Positions 27,188 to 35,926 of a stretch of DNA of 44,700 nucleotides are shown here, piece after piece (the stretch's first letter is position 1; each line of letters opens with the position of its first letter). Both the position numbers and the translations under genes were made by a program. The DNA comes from Escherichia phage vb_EcoS_bov11C2. The stretch lies in sequence record MT884012.2. One strand, given 5' to 3'. A model generated the notes under the pieces. That model worked only from the letters and a program-made list of their open reading frames with translations, had not been told where the DNA came from and did not search any database.

Positions 27188-27511
27188 TTACGAATAAAAA
27201 TTTGGGTCACGTGCGACGTCTACCAGGTAAAGGTTGCTTATGCGGTTGCCGTAGTGCCCTGGTGTGCGCTGGCGGCACACAACGGCGTAGCCAGGAGGGA
27301 TTGTATTTCCGGTTTCAATAATCCACGCCACACGCGCGCCCGATAGCGTCTTGCCGTTGCATTCGATACGTGTTCCGCCATCGGCAGTGTTAAGGTTGCC
27401 AATCTTGCAGCCTGTGGACTTCAGGCGGATGACGCCAGTCTTACTGTCGTAGGAAAAAAGCTGATTGGTCATTGCCACTGAAAAGTCGATGGCGTCGAAT
27501 GTAGTATTCAT
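27188..27511 (-). CDS. HNH_3/AP2-like domain protein with substituted catalytic positions (putative DNA-binding)
   Basis: LFSYDSKTGVIRLKS ... GARVAWIIETGNTIPPGYAVVCRQRT ... NRISNLYLV fits the HNH_3 pattern from memory, but expected His positions are Ala and Arg/Gln; ATGA overlap with the upstream MTase-like gene. Confidence 0.4.
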   Translation of the reverse strand: MNTTFDAIDFSVAMTNQLFSYDSKTGVIRLKSTGCKIGNLNTADGGTRIECNGKTLSGARVAWIIETGNTIPPGYAVVCRQRTPGHYGNRISNLYLVDVARDPNFYS

Positions 27512-28203
27512 TTTAAATTTTCCTCGTTAACCGCTATCGCGAAGCCGCGCGGAGTGAGCGAGCGGATTAATTTTGTGCGGGCTGATTTACCACCGAGGCG
27601 ACTATACTGTTTCGAGTACCCTTTTTCAACGAAAACAGGTTTCTTCTCTGGCATACGGAAGCCGTTGCCGGTCCATAAGCAGGTCAGCTTCGGATATGAA
27701 TCGCGGGCGTTGATGTATTCCGGGAAGAGCGGGTGTACGTCATCCTCCGGCAGATATCCACCATACTCCCACGGATCAAACGAGTGGTCTGGCTTGCGCC
27801 ACTGGGTGGAAAGCACACTGCGCGGATTCTCAATCATATATGGCACCTCGAAGAAGTCACCCAGGTAGGCGGCGATCTTCGCGGTGCGCACCGCCTTAAG
27901 CTGAAAGGCCGGGTCTTTCGCACGCTTGCGCGGGAAAGCTGGCGCGCCGCTCACTGCCAGATCCGTACACGGAGGGAACGCATAGATGATATCCGGCGTA
28001 CCGAAATCGCCATTCATCGCGCGGTCTACGAAGTCCAGATCGATAAACTCATTGCGATACCGGATTCCGCGGCCATAAATCCGGTAGTCAAGGTACGACC
28101 CGTGATCGGCTTCGGAGTAGTTAAAACAGTAGCACTTATGCCCCATCTCGGCAGCACGCTCAATCATCAAGCCGCTGCCGTCGAACAATGACCAGATTAT
28201 CAT
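27508..28203 (-). CDS. C5-cytosine DNA methyltransferase-like protein
   Basis: Motif order FDGSG (motif I-like), FPPC..LAVSGA (motif IV PC-like), ENP (motif VI ENV-like); only 231 aa so a target-recognition region may be reduced. Confidence 0.45.
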   Translation of the reverse strand: MIIWSLFDGSGLMIERAAEMGHKCYCFNYSEADHGSYLDYRIYGRGIRYRNEFIDLDFVDRAMNGDFGTPDIIYAFPPCTDLAVSGAPAFPRKRAKDPAFQLKAVRTAKIAAYLGDFFEVPYMIENPRSVLSTQWRKPDHSFDPWEYGGYLPEDDVHPLFPEYINARDSYPKLTCLWTGNGFRMPEKKPVFVEKGYSKQYSRLGGKSARTKLIRSLTPRGFAIAVNEENLK

Positions 28204-29624
28204 TTGCGCGCCTTTTTAGCTTTCATGTATTCCATCAAATCGTCCTGAATATCTCGCTTACTGTCACGACGCTCGGCGACCAATTCGTCCAGTGTCCCGC
28301 GCGCCTGGATAATGTAGACGAATACAGGTCTAGGGTGTCCGGCCTGCATCTGGCGAACCGGCCCGATACGTTCAACGATCTGCGAAAAGTGCTCAAAGTT
28401 CCAGGTATCAGAGAAGATTGCCAGGTGATGACCGCCGTCCTGCAAGTTAAGGCCGTGGCCCGCCGATGCCGGGTGTGCAAACATGATGGGGATCTCGCCC
28501 CTGTTCCACGCTTCCATATCCTTATTGCCCTGCTTACCCTTACCCAACGCAACGCCGTGCGGGAATTTCTTCTTGAGACGCGCCAGATCATGCTTGTACT
28601 GGTATGCGACGAGCAACGGTGCGCCGTTCAACTCCTCCACGATACTTTCCAGCGCGTCCAGTTTAGCGTCGTGAATTTTCACCCATTCATCGGTGCGCTC
28701 GCCGTCTTCGTCGACTTTATACACGGCCCCCGAAGCAAGCTGAAGGCACTTAATTGTCTTCGATGCCGCGTTCGCCGCCTCCACTGTTCCGCTTTCCAGT
28801 TCGGCAAATAGCTCGCTTTCAAACTGGTCATAAATCTTGCGCGCTTTCTTCGGCAGGTCCACGACAACCGGAGTATAGATTGGCTTGTCGCACCCGAAGT
28901 ATTCAGCCGCGTCAACGGTTAGGGATACATCAGACAGGCGTTGTTGTATTTCTTTCTCAGAGTTCTTTAGCGGGGCGTGCTGCATAGTGAAGCTGCCAGG
29001 CTTAACAGGCTTGCTAATGAACCAGCGATCGGTAAACGCCTTATAGCTACTGCCGAGGCGTTCGCCACCGTCGACAAACCACGTCTGACCCCATAAGTCT
29101 TTCAGCCCGTTTGGCGCTGGTGTGCCGGTCAGGTTAATCCAGCGCTTGACGTGCTTATGTGCGATCGCCGCCAGTGCGCGTGCGCGCTTACTACCCTGCT
29201 TGCTTCGGTAGCCTTTCAGCTTAGTCGATTCATCGGCAACAACGACCGTAAAGGGCCATGCATCGCCGTAATAGTCAACCAGCCACTCAACCACATCATA
29301 GTTAACACAAACCACGTTAGCGTCGCTCTCAAGCGCTGCGATACGGTCCTTCTCCGGCCCAGTGCCGTCTACGACCAGTAGGGATGAGAACCGCCATTTC
29401 TCCTGCTCCGGGGGCCATGTACCTGACGCGACACGCAGCGGGGCCAGCACCAGTACGCGGTCCTCATGATGGGACAGGACGCCAGTCTGGAACATTTTAT
29501 TCAGCGCCCACATTGTCGCGCCGGTTTTACCGGATCCCATTGTCGCCCAGATATTACATCGCTTATGCTTGAGGATGAACGCGGTTATCAACTTCTGATA
29601 TTCGCGGCGTCGGAATCGTGCCAT
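28200..29624 (-). CDS. SNF2-family helicase
   Basis: ATG 29624; Walker A MGSGKT, DExx-like VVADEST, motif III LTGTPAPN, C-terminal helicase domain. Confidence 0.8.
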   Translation of the reverse strand: MARFRRREYQKLITAFILKHKRCNIWATMGSGKTGATMWALNKMFQTGVLSHHEDRVLVLAPLRVASGTWPPEQEKWRFSSLLVVDGTGPEKDRIAALESDANVVCVNYDVVEWLVDYYGDAWPFTVVVADESTKLKGYRSKQGSKRARALAAIAHKHVKRWINLTGTPAPNGLKDLWGQTWFVDGGERLGSSYKAFTDRWFISKPVKPGSFTMQHAPLKNSEKEIQQRLSDVSLTVDAAEYFGCDKPIYTPVVVDLPKKARKIYDQFESELFAELESGTVEAANAASKTIKCLQLASGAVYKVDEDGERTDEWVKIHDAKLDALESIVEELNGAPLLVAYQYKHDLARLKKKFPHGVALGKGKQGNKDMEAWNRGEIPIMFAHPASAGHGLNLQDGGHHLAIFSDTWNFEHFSQIVERIGPVRQMQAGHPRPVFVYIIQARGTLDELVAERRDSKRDIQDDLMEYMKAKKARK

Positions 29625-29628
29625 TTCT

Positions 29629-29847
29629 TTATTCCGCCTTTTTCCAGACTTCGGTTTCACTGTTCCAGTTCCTTTTTGTAGCGTCGTAGTTGGTGGCGTG
29701 TCCGATGTGCACACCGGTAGCCCGGAAGCTCTTAAATTTTTGCCAGCACACCGTCAACGGCAGCGGATCATTCATGCCCGCAATAAACCATACGCGATCG
29801 CCCGGTTTACATTCGCCCAGCTTGGTGAGTCGGTAATGTTCTTTCAT
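29629..29847 (-). CDS. hypothetical protein
   Basis: ATG 29847 with RBS GGGAGA; 72 aa. Confidence 0.4.
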   Translation of the reverse strand: MKEHYRLTKLGECKPGDRVWFIAGMNDPLPLTVCWQKFKSFRATGVHIGHATNYDATKRNWNSETEVWKKAE

Positions 29848-29890
29848 CGTCATGTCTCCCAAAAATGGCGGGACAAGCCCGCCGTATTAA

Positions 29891-30064
29891 TTATTTTTGT
29901 TCTGCACGGTAGCGGCGCTGCCGTTCGCGCTCTTTCTTATTGCGGCACGATTTGCACTCTGCCCGATGCCCGTCTGGACTGCGCGCAGTTTTACCGGTGT
30001 ATTTGTGGAACTGGGATAGCGGCTTGACACAGCCGCAATTACTACAACGTTTTTCTTCAATCAT
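29891..30064 (-). CDS. small zinc-ribbon protein
   Basis: ATG 30064 with RBS GAGGA; CSNCGC ... CKSCRNK (two CxxC pairs); 57 aa; promoter-like element with motif variants at 30108-30129. Confidence 0.4.
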   Translation of the reverse strand: MIEEKRCSNCGCVKPLSQFHKYTGKTARSPDGHRAECKSCRNKKERERQRRYRAEQK

Positions 30065-30104
30065 CTCTAAAATCCTCGATATGGCTAACCGGCACACTAT
30101 ACCG

Positions 30105-30383
30105 CTATGCGACCAATTCAGCAACCAATAAATCGCAGTCGGATATGTTGTCGATAACGCGAACGTCAGCACCGCGGCGGGCCATTCGCTCATGTTCACG
30201 TACCTGGTGCGGCTTCGGTTTTCCTCCGGGGCGCTTCACTTCGACGAACACTATTTTGCCGTTGATGATAATAATCAGGTCGGGCGCACCCGCGCGCCCC
30301 TCCCATGCCAGTTTTCGGCAGAATCCGCCGACCTCTTTCACCCGTTTCATCAGGTGACTTTGAATCTTGCCTTCCGGTGTCAT
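30105..30383 (-). CDS. VRR-NUC-like nuclease
   Basis: ATG 30383 overlapping the polymerase stop; GAPDLIIIINGKIVFVEVKRPGG ... Q pattern (PD ... E-V-K). Confidence 0.55.
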   Translation of the reverse strand: MTPEGKIQSHLMKRVKEVGGFCRKLAWEGRAGAPDLIIIINGKIVFVEVKRPGGKPKPHQVREHERMARRGADVRVIDNISDCDLLVAELVA

Positions 30384-32674
30384 CACTTCCTGTACCTGTA
30401 CATGATGTCGCCTTCGGCGGCAAGTGGGAAGCCTTTCGCCCAAACAGGCAGGTCGCACATCAGCGCGCACAACTCCTCGGTTGTGTAGTCGTCAGTATCC
30501 GGCACTTCGGTTATCAGTTCATCGTGTACGGACAGTACGATCTCATATCCCGCAGCTTCAACGCCAGGCATGGACCATGCGAGGATATCGCGACACAGCG
30601 CCTGTACGATGTTTTCCGTGAGTTTGCCGCCGTAGGTGTACTGGAAGCCCCACTGGCGCGTCGTCTGATTCTCACCCTGATATTTAATGCGGGTGCTGGT
30701 GCGCTTCTTGCCGGTGTCTTCGTCAATCTCGGTCGTGACAGACAGCCCGATGCCTGGGTAGCTCATGATGCGCCCCGACGGCAACTCAATTTTCAACCAC
30801 CACCCCGCGGCGTTCGGGTCGTCGCGCTCCTCGTCGAAGGTTGGGTCGTGCTTCGCCTTCGTGCGCACAATCTTGAGCGCTTTCCTACCGTCCGGGCGAA
30901 CGTTAGCGCCCGCCCAGTATGCTTTGCCCGGATTGCGGATTGCGCACAACACCGCGTCCTCAAGCTCGGCCCAAAAGGCTACCGTCTTCGGGTGAGCCTC
31001 ACGCCACATACGTTTGATCGCGTCACAGGTAAGCCATACGTTTTTCGGCAGTATGTAGGTTGGGCGCTCATCCTTCTTGCCAGGCTTCGGCGGGCGCTTA
31101 GCTTCGTTAATGCGGGCGTACTCATAACCGCGTTTCGCCGCCGCCCAAATGTGATCCGGGAATGTACCCTTCATCACGTCCGCCATAGTGTAAAGGTCGA
31201 GGCCCAGGTTTTTAGCGAACTGCAAGAACGCCGCGACGCCGCCACCATAGCCCAGTCCCAATTCACACGCCTTTCCGATCTGGCGTAAGTCTTTGCGGTT
31301 GGCTTTGATGTAATCCGGGTCAAGGCCGAACATCTTACCGGCAGTCTCGCAGTAAATATCGCGGCCCGCCTTAAACACCATGAGCGCTGTTTTCTCGCCC
31401 GCGATCCAGGCAAGTCCACGCCCTTCCACGTTGGAGTAGTCCGCTACGACAAACTTCTTGCCCTTAGCCGGGATAATGCACCCGCGAACGGTCGAGGCTG
31501 TTAGCTTAGATATGTCATACGCCCAGTGCGCGGTCCCGCGTAACAGGGAATTGATGCCGTTGGTGAGCATGTGCGACCGGACCCAAAAAGCAACGTCGCT
31601 CTCGCCTTCGCGGCGCTTAATCTTCCCTTCGTGATCGTCGCTATACTCGCCGCGTGCCAGGTTTTGAGGCTGGAAGCCTTTACCCGCCCAGCGCAGCGTG
31701 CGCTTTGCGCCACCATACTGAAGACACCCACGGCGGCGACCGTCGGCAGACAGGCCATTAACGAGCGGATTGTACTTAGTCGATGCCGTTGATGACGCGC
31801 CGAGGCGCATTTCGATAAGCGCTTTGCCTTCGTCGGGGAAGTCCGGGTCTTCAAGCAGGTCGTTAAGTGTGGATTTCTGCGCGTTGTGGATTGTGAACGC
31901 CGGGGCGATATCACGCAGGATTGGCAGGAAGTCATTGCCTGTCAGTTTACCACCAAATCGCTCCCAGGCTTCCTCCTTCAATTCTTCCTTATGCGCCTGC
32001 ACCGCTTTGATCGCGGCGTTCGCCAGGTCAACGTCCACATAGAAGCCGCGGTCGTTGATCAACTGGTCGATAAGCAGGATTTCATCTTCCTTCGGGGTAT
32101 TACCCCAGTCCGGTATGCGCCAGTAGACCTCCCGCATCGCGATAATATCCAGCGCGGCATATCGCAGAAATTTGGCCCATTCTTCAGGGTGAGTCTCGCG
32201 AGTGTAGCGGCGTATTTTGTAGGTCTTAGGGGTAGGCTTACAGAATCGTTTGATCAGCGCCTTGCCTGCCTTATCCTTCGCGTGCTCTGCGTCAACGCCC
32301 AGCACCTGACACTGCATATCGAGGCTACCCGGCAGCGCGTGCCGAAAGGCCATAATCATGGTATCTTCGATCTGGCTTACCGGCAGGTCGATTCCCCACT
32401 TCTCACGGATAACCAGGCGGTCAAACAGGAGGCCGTTAGCCATCACGATTTTTGCTTTCTTGCGGGATACCTGACGGAGCGCCTTGCGCAGTTCACGCGG
32501 CATTGTTGGGGATTCAGTGGCATCCCATGTCTGCACGCGGCCTTCGTCGATGGCGTAGGTGCAAATCATAATCTCGGTGGTTGGGTGCTCTGCGTAGGCG
32601 TACGCCCCTACTTTCTTCAGGTCAACCCCGCTGAATGTCTCGGTGTCGAGAAACAAGCGTTCGAAGTCTTTCAT
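30383..32674 (-). CDS. DNA polymerase, family A, with 3'-5' exonuclease domain
   Basis: Exo I motif FLDTETFS; motif B RQIGKACELGLGYGGG (R-x3-K-x6-YG); motif C VHDELI; 763 aa. Confidence 0.9.
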   Translation of the reverse strand: MKDFERLFLDTETFSGVDLKKVGAYAYAEHPTTEIMICTYAIDEGRVQTWDATESPTMPRELRKALRQVSRKKAKIVMANGLLFDRLVIREKWGIDLPVSQIEDTMIMAFRHALPGSLDMQCQVLGVDAEHAKDKAGKALIKRFCKPTPKTYKIRRYTRETHPEEWAKFLRYAALDIIAMREVYWRIPDWGNTPKEDEILLIDQLINDRGFYVDVDLANAAIKAVQAHKEELKEEAWERFGGKLTGNDFLPILRDIAPAFTIHNAQKSTLNDLLEDPDFPDEGKALIEMRLGASSTASTKYNPLVNGLSADGRRRGCLQYGGAKRTLRWAGKGFQPQNLARGEYSDDHEGKIKRREGESDVAFWVRSHMLTNGINSLLRGTAHWAYDISKLTASTVRGCIIPAKGKKFVVADYSNVEGRGLAWIAGEKTALMVFKAGRDIYCETAGKMFGLDPDYIKANRKDLRQIGKACELGLGYGGGVAAFLQFAKNLGLDLYTMADVMKGTFPDHIWAAAKRGYEYARINEAKRPPKPGKKDERPTYILPKNVWLTCDAIKRMWREAHPKTVAFWAELEDAVLCAIRNPGKAYWAGANVRPDGRKALKIVRTKAKHDPTFDEERDDPNAAGWWLKIELPSGRIMSYPGIGLSVTTEIDEDTGKKRTSTRIKYQGENQTTRQWGFQYTYGGKLTENIVQALCRDILAWSMPGVEAAGYEIVLSVHDELITEVPDTDDYTTEELCALMCDLPVWAKGFPLAAEGDIMYRYRK

Positions 32675-32841
32675 TGCTTTATCCTCACTACGGCGTCAGC
32701 GCTGCCGATCATGGAGAAGATGCCGTCGGACAGGGCGATCTCTTCTCCATTGTTGCGAATCTCGGCAACTGTGAAATACTCGCCCAGCAATTTGGACCAT
32801 ACCTGCATTCCGACTTTTACTTCGCTGGCTTTAATACGCAT
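32671..32841 (-). CDS. small hypothetical protein (56 aa)
   Basis: Not in the ORF track (under 60 aa); ATG 32841, stop overlaps the polymerase ATG; fills the gap between SSB terminator and polymerase. Confidence 0.3.
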   Translation of the reverse strand: MRIKASEVKVGMQVWSKLLGEYFTVAEIRNNGEEIALSDGIFSMIGSADAVVRIKQ

Positions 32842-32856
32842 TTTTCATTGTCCTAT

Positions 32857-32880
32857 TAAAAAGCCCGCATTAAGCGGGCT
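32857..32880 (-). terminator. intrinsic terminator after SSB gene
   Basis: Minus strand AGCCCGC-loop-GCGGGCT followed by U-run. Confidence 0.6.
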
Positions 32881-32899
32881 TGAATAGTGGGCTTTGCCC

Positions 32900-33682
32900 T
32901 TAACGGCGGCGACGTTTACGTGGCGCTTCGTCTTCGTCGTCGTCCTCATCTTCGTCATCGCGTGGCTTACGACGTTTGCGAGGTTTTTCATCTTCCTCAT
33001 CGTCGTCGTCATCGCGGCGCTTGGATTTCTTGGACTTGCGCGGCTTGTCATCTTCATCATCGTCATCACGACGTTTTGACTTTTTGGACTTGCGCGGTGC
33101 TTCGTCTTCGTCGTCGTTGTCCAGGTCTTCGTCGGAACATGAAGACCCGCCACCTCCGAAGGCTTCGCCGTCTTCACGGAATCGCAGACCCAGCAAGCCA
33201 GCCCCGAGACCCTTGCCGTTGGTATTGTTCCACGCCCAGATATCAAGGGACACGTTGCAATAACAACCGGAGTAGATCTCCTGGCCTTCAATCTCGTCGC
33301 CGTCGATGGTCAGACCTTGTTCGGTCTGCTTCTCGCCGAGTGACGTTTGAATGATAGGCTGTTTGAACGATTTGGCGTTGATATACAACATGCCTTCGAA
33401 TTCTTCGGTCACTTCGTCACGCTCGTCACCGTCGCGGACTGCGCATTCCTTAGAATCCTGGGCGTAGTGGCGGTCCATCCACTTATCGGCATTCTTCTCG
33501 GATTTCAGCTTGTCGGTGAGCACTGCGCGCGCTGCCGCTTCCACTTTGTCCACCTGCGGATCTTCTTTATCCAGAAGAATCACGGCACGGTATGCCGGTT
33601 TTTGTCCATCCTGTTTAGGGGTATCACGTTCCCAGATTTTCAGGAAGCATACGCGCACATTTTTCAGGTTGACTTTAGCCAT
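32900..33682 (-). CDS. ssDNA-binding protein (T7 gp2.5-like / DUF2815-like) with mixed-charge repeat tail
   Basis: ATG 33682 with RBS GAGGAA; N-terminus MAKVNLKNVRVCF typical of this family from memory; C-terminal 90 aa of alternating PRKSKKSKRR and DDDDEDD blocks. Confidence 0.55.
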   Translation of the reverse strand: MAKVNLKNVRVCFLKIWERDTPKQDGQKPAYRAVILLDKEDPQVDKVEAAARAVLTDKLKSEKNADKWMDRHYAQDSKECAVRDGDERDEVTEEFEGMLYINAKSFKQPIIQTSLGEKQTEQGLTIDGDEIEGQEIYSGCYCNVSLDIWAWNNTNGKGLGAGLLGLRFREDGEAFGGGGSSCSDEDLDNDDEDEAPRKSKKSKRRDDDDEDDKPRKSKKSKRRDDDDDEEDEKPRKRRKPRDDEDEDDDEDEAPRKRRRR

Positions 33683-33772
33683 TTTCCAATTCCTCATTTT
33701 CACATGTATCGGGGTTATTGGAAGCCACCCCGTTCGGCTTGGTTGCCAATTTACTTGGTTGCGCCTGAGCGG

Positions 33773-34015
33773 TCAAGCATTTTCATTAAAAAGATTTCTG
33801 GTCACGTAGTTGGTCGCGTTCTCGATCCAGCTTAACGGCGGGCGGTTGATGTTCTTCTCCACCCAATCGACGGCAGCTTCGCTATAGCCGTCATCCAGCC
33901 AGCGGGTCGGATGTCGAATCATCCACGCCACCATTAACACGCCTTGCACGCAATGCAGGATAAAGCCCAGCGCGCCGAGCAAAAACATCAATAAGATTGC
34001 GAATACTTTATTCAT
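33773..34015 (-). CDS. small membrane protein
   Basis: N-terminal TM helix AILLMFLLGALGFIL; 80 aa; overlaps the exonuclease stop. Confidence 0.45.
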   Translation of the reverse strand: MNKVFAILLMFLLGALGFILHCVQGVLMVAWMIRHPTRWLDDGYSEAAVDWVEKNINRPPLSWIENATNYVTRNLFNENA

Positions 34016-35438
34016 TACTTAAGTCCTCGTCGGTAGCTTCAGACCACGCAGGGCGCGGGTCGTCGATTGGTGCTAATACCGGTTTTGCCGGTGCGCGCGT
34101 GATTTTATCACACAACTTCGCCCACACTTTCGGCTTCTCGTCCTTCAATACCTTCTCGGCATCAGTAGGGCTGAGTAATGTTTCTTTGTACATAACATCG
34201 CGCTTGATCCGGGCCTTCGTGAAGATCTCAATCACTTCGCTCTCGTCCGCCCACTTGCGGATTCCTTCCTTACCGGCAACCATCTTGAGGCCCAGCGATT
34301 CGCCATCACCCGCCATTACGGCCTTGAACACCGCGGACTCGATAGCCTTGATGTGCTGGCGCATTGCGTCAAGACCTTCATATGCCTTGCGCAGTTCCGC
34401 CGCGCTCATAGCGCCGGGGGCCGCTTCTTTCTTGCCACGCTTCGCACGTCGTGCCGCTTTGCGGGCTTCGCGGGCCATATTGCGGTCGTGATTGGCGCAT
34501 TCTTCCTCTGTCGCAATACTCACGTCGTCGCCCAGGTCTTCGTCTGTTGCCGTTGGTTGGGTCATCGTGTCGATTGCGGCCTTAGCGCGGGCGCTACACT
34601 GATCCGCAAATCGGCACCACTGGCACGCATCAACGCTCGGTCGGAAGTCGGCACGGGTGAGTCCCTTTTTGCCGCGGGCGTACGCCTCCAGGGCGGCGAT
34701 AGCACGCTTGGACGCAAACTTCGCGAATATCTCCAGGGCTTCTACCGAAATATCCCACTCCGACGCCCCGCCGCAATACGGCTGGAAGATAACCAGGCGC
34801 ACGGTCGTGATGTCGTACATGGATTGCAGCTTGCGCAGCAGGCCGAGCGCATACAGCATAAGCTGTTTGTTTTCTTTCGCCTCGACCTTATGCCGCCCCG
34901 TCTTCAGGTCGCCAACAATCAGCATGTACGTGCCGTCGGTCTTCTTCATGACCATGACCATATCGGCAGTACCGAACGTCTTAACCCGGTTGCCGTCGAT
35001 CTCGAAGCCAGAGTGTAGGACGCGGGTCAGATCGGTGCGCATCTCAAGCTGGACAAACTCCGCCACTTCGAGGAGCGGTCGCCAGTGGTCGACGTATGCG
35101 TCGCACTGTTTCACCATATCGTCGTTGACCAGTACGCCGCCTTTCGGCGCTTTCGGGTGTGCCTTTACCGGTCCCTTTCCTTCGTTCTCGACGTAGCACC
35201 CTTTGTACGTCTTCGCGGTTATCAGCTTCTCACCGGCGATAATGCGGTTTAGCACCACCTCAGATACGGTGTGCATACTCGTACCGTTAATCGCGGCTTG
35301 CCCGGATTCGTTCGGGATATCTTTTTCCACCACCAGGGCGGCTGGGCAACCCATCCATTTTTTAGCTCCGGATGGGCCGAGTAAAGAGTGTTCCGTGTTG
35401 CTACCGGATTGCGTTTTACGTTTTGGTTTAATCGTCAT
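34008..35438 (-). CDS. PD-(D/E)XK exonuclease, Cas4/RecB-like with Fe-S cysteine motif
   Basis: GDLKTGRHKVEAKENKQLMLYALG (D ... E-x-K ... Q..Y) and C-x2-C-x5-C (CQWCRFADQC) plus an N-terminal Cys; 476 aa. Confidence 0.7.
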   Translation of the reverse strand: MTIKPKRKTQSGSNTEHSLLGPSGAKKWMGCPAALVVEKDIPNESGQAAINGTSMHTVSEVVLNRIIAGEKLITAKTYKGCYVENEGKGPVKAHPKAPKGGVLVNDDMVKQCDAYVDHWRPLLEVAEFVQLEMRTDLTRVLHSGFEIDGNRVKTFGTADMVMVMKKTDGTYMLIVGDLKTGRHKVEAKENKQLMLYALGLLRKLQSMYDITTVRLVIFQPYCGGASEWDISVEALEIFAKFASKRAIAALEAYARGKKGLTRADFRPSVDACQWCRFADQCSARAKAAIDTMTQPTATDEDLGDDVSIATEEECANHDRNMAREARKAARRAKRGKKEAAPGAMSAAELRKAYEGLDAMRQHIKAIESAVFKAVMAGDGESLGLKMVAGKEGIRKWADESEVIEIFTKARIKRDVMYKETLLSPTDAEKVLKDEKPKVWAKLCDKITRAPAKPVLAPIDDPRPAWSEATDEDLSNE

Positions 35439-35626
35439 TATTCCACCCTTGAAAATTGAGCAATGTAATAGTCGTGTTTAACATTGGCCCGCTTCGCGGC
35501 TTCGTTCATGGTCGATGCCAGTTCTCGGGCTTGCGTCCAGCAGCAATTCCAGTTTTGATTCATAACAATTTCTGGTTGCTCGTCGCCGGTGATACGGCAA
35601 CGAAATAAAACAAAGAATATAGCCAT
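35438..35626 (-). CDS. hypothetical protein
   Basis: 62 aa ORF whose ATG directly follows the upstream stop and whose stop overlaps the exonuclease ATG; no recognisable motif. Confidence 0.35.
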   Translation of the reverse strand: MAIFFVLFRCRITGDEQPEIVMNQNWNCCWTQARELASTMNEAAKRANVKHDYYIAQFSRVE

Positions 35627-35878
35627 TTATTTCGTCTCCCAGCGGTCGATTGTTTTTGCTTCGGATGCAACTGCGAAGCGAACATATTCCAGATTGGAAT
35701 CCGCCCAAATATAAAAGTCGGGGTTAGTAAAGGTGGTGCGCTTAATTTGCGCGGGGGTATTGCGGCGTTTATCTATTACGGCAACGCGTGACTGAAAGCT
35801 GCCGATGCGTTCGAATAGCCAATAGTACGGGCGCTGGTCGCGGGAGTCCACCGCCTCGATTAGCGTGAAGCGTGCCAT
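35627..35878 (-). CDS. hypothetical protein
   Basis: ATG 35878 with RBS GAGGA 8 nt upstream; 83 aa. Confidence 0.45.
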   Translation of the reverse strand: MARFTLIEAVDSRDQRPYYWLFERIGSFQSRVAVIDKRRNTPAQIKRTTFTNPDFYIWADSNLEYVRFAVASEAKTIDRWETK

Positions 35879-35891
35879 TGTCTCGTCCTCT

Positions 35892-35918
35892 AAAAAGAGG
35901 CCCGCAGATTAGCGGGCC
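35892..35918 (-). terminator. intrinsic terminator after first early-left gene
   Basis: Minus strand GGCCCGC-loop-GCGGGCC followed by UCUUUUU; between gene 35927-36445 and gene 35627-35878. Confidence 0.55.
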
Positions 35919-35926
35919 GGAATATA

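Noticed and set aside
30305-32887. Plus-strand ORFs of 327 and 333 aa (30305-31288, 31886-32887)
   Set aside because: Antisense to the DNA polymerase gene, which has clear family A motifs; they lack RBS and any recognisable motif.
32845-33291. 148-aa minus-strand ORF overlapping the SSB gene, and the Ser-rich plus-strand ORF 32976-33263
   Set aside because: Alternative-frame and antisense reads of the low-complexity repeat DNA encoding the SSB tail; the SSB frame has the RBS and N-terminal domain.
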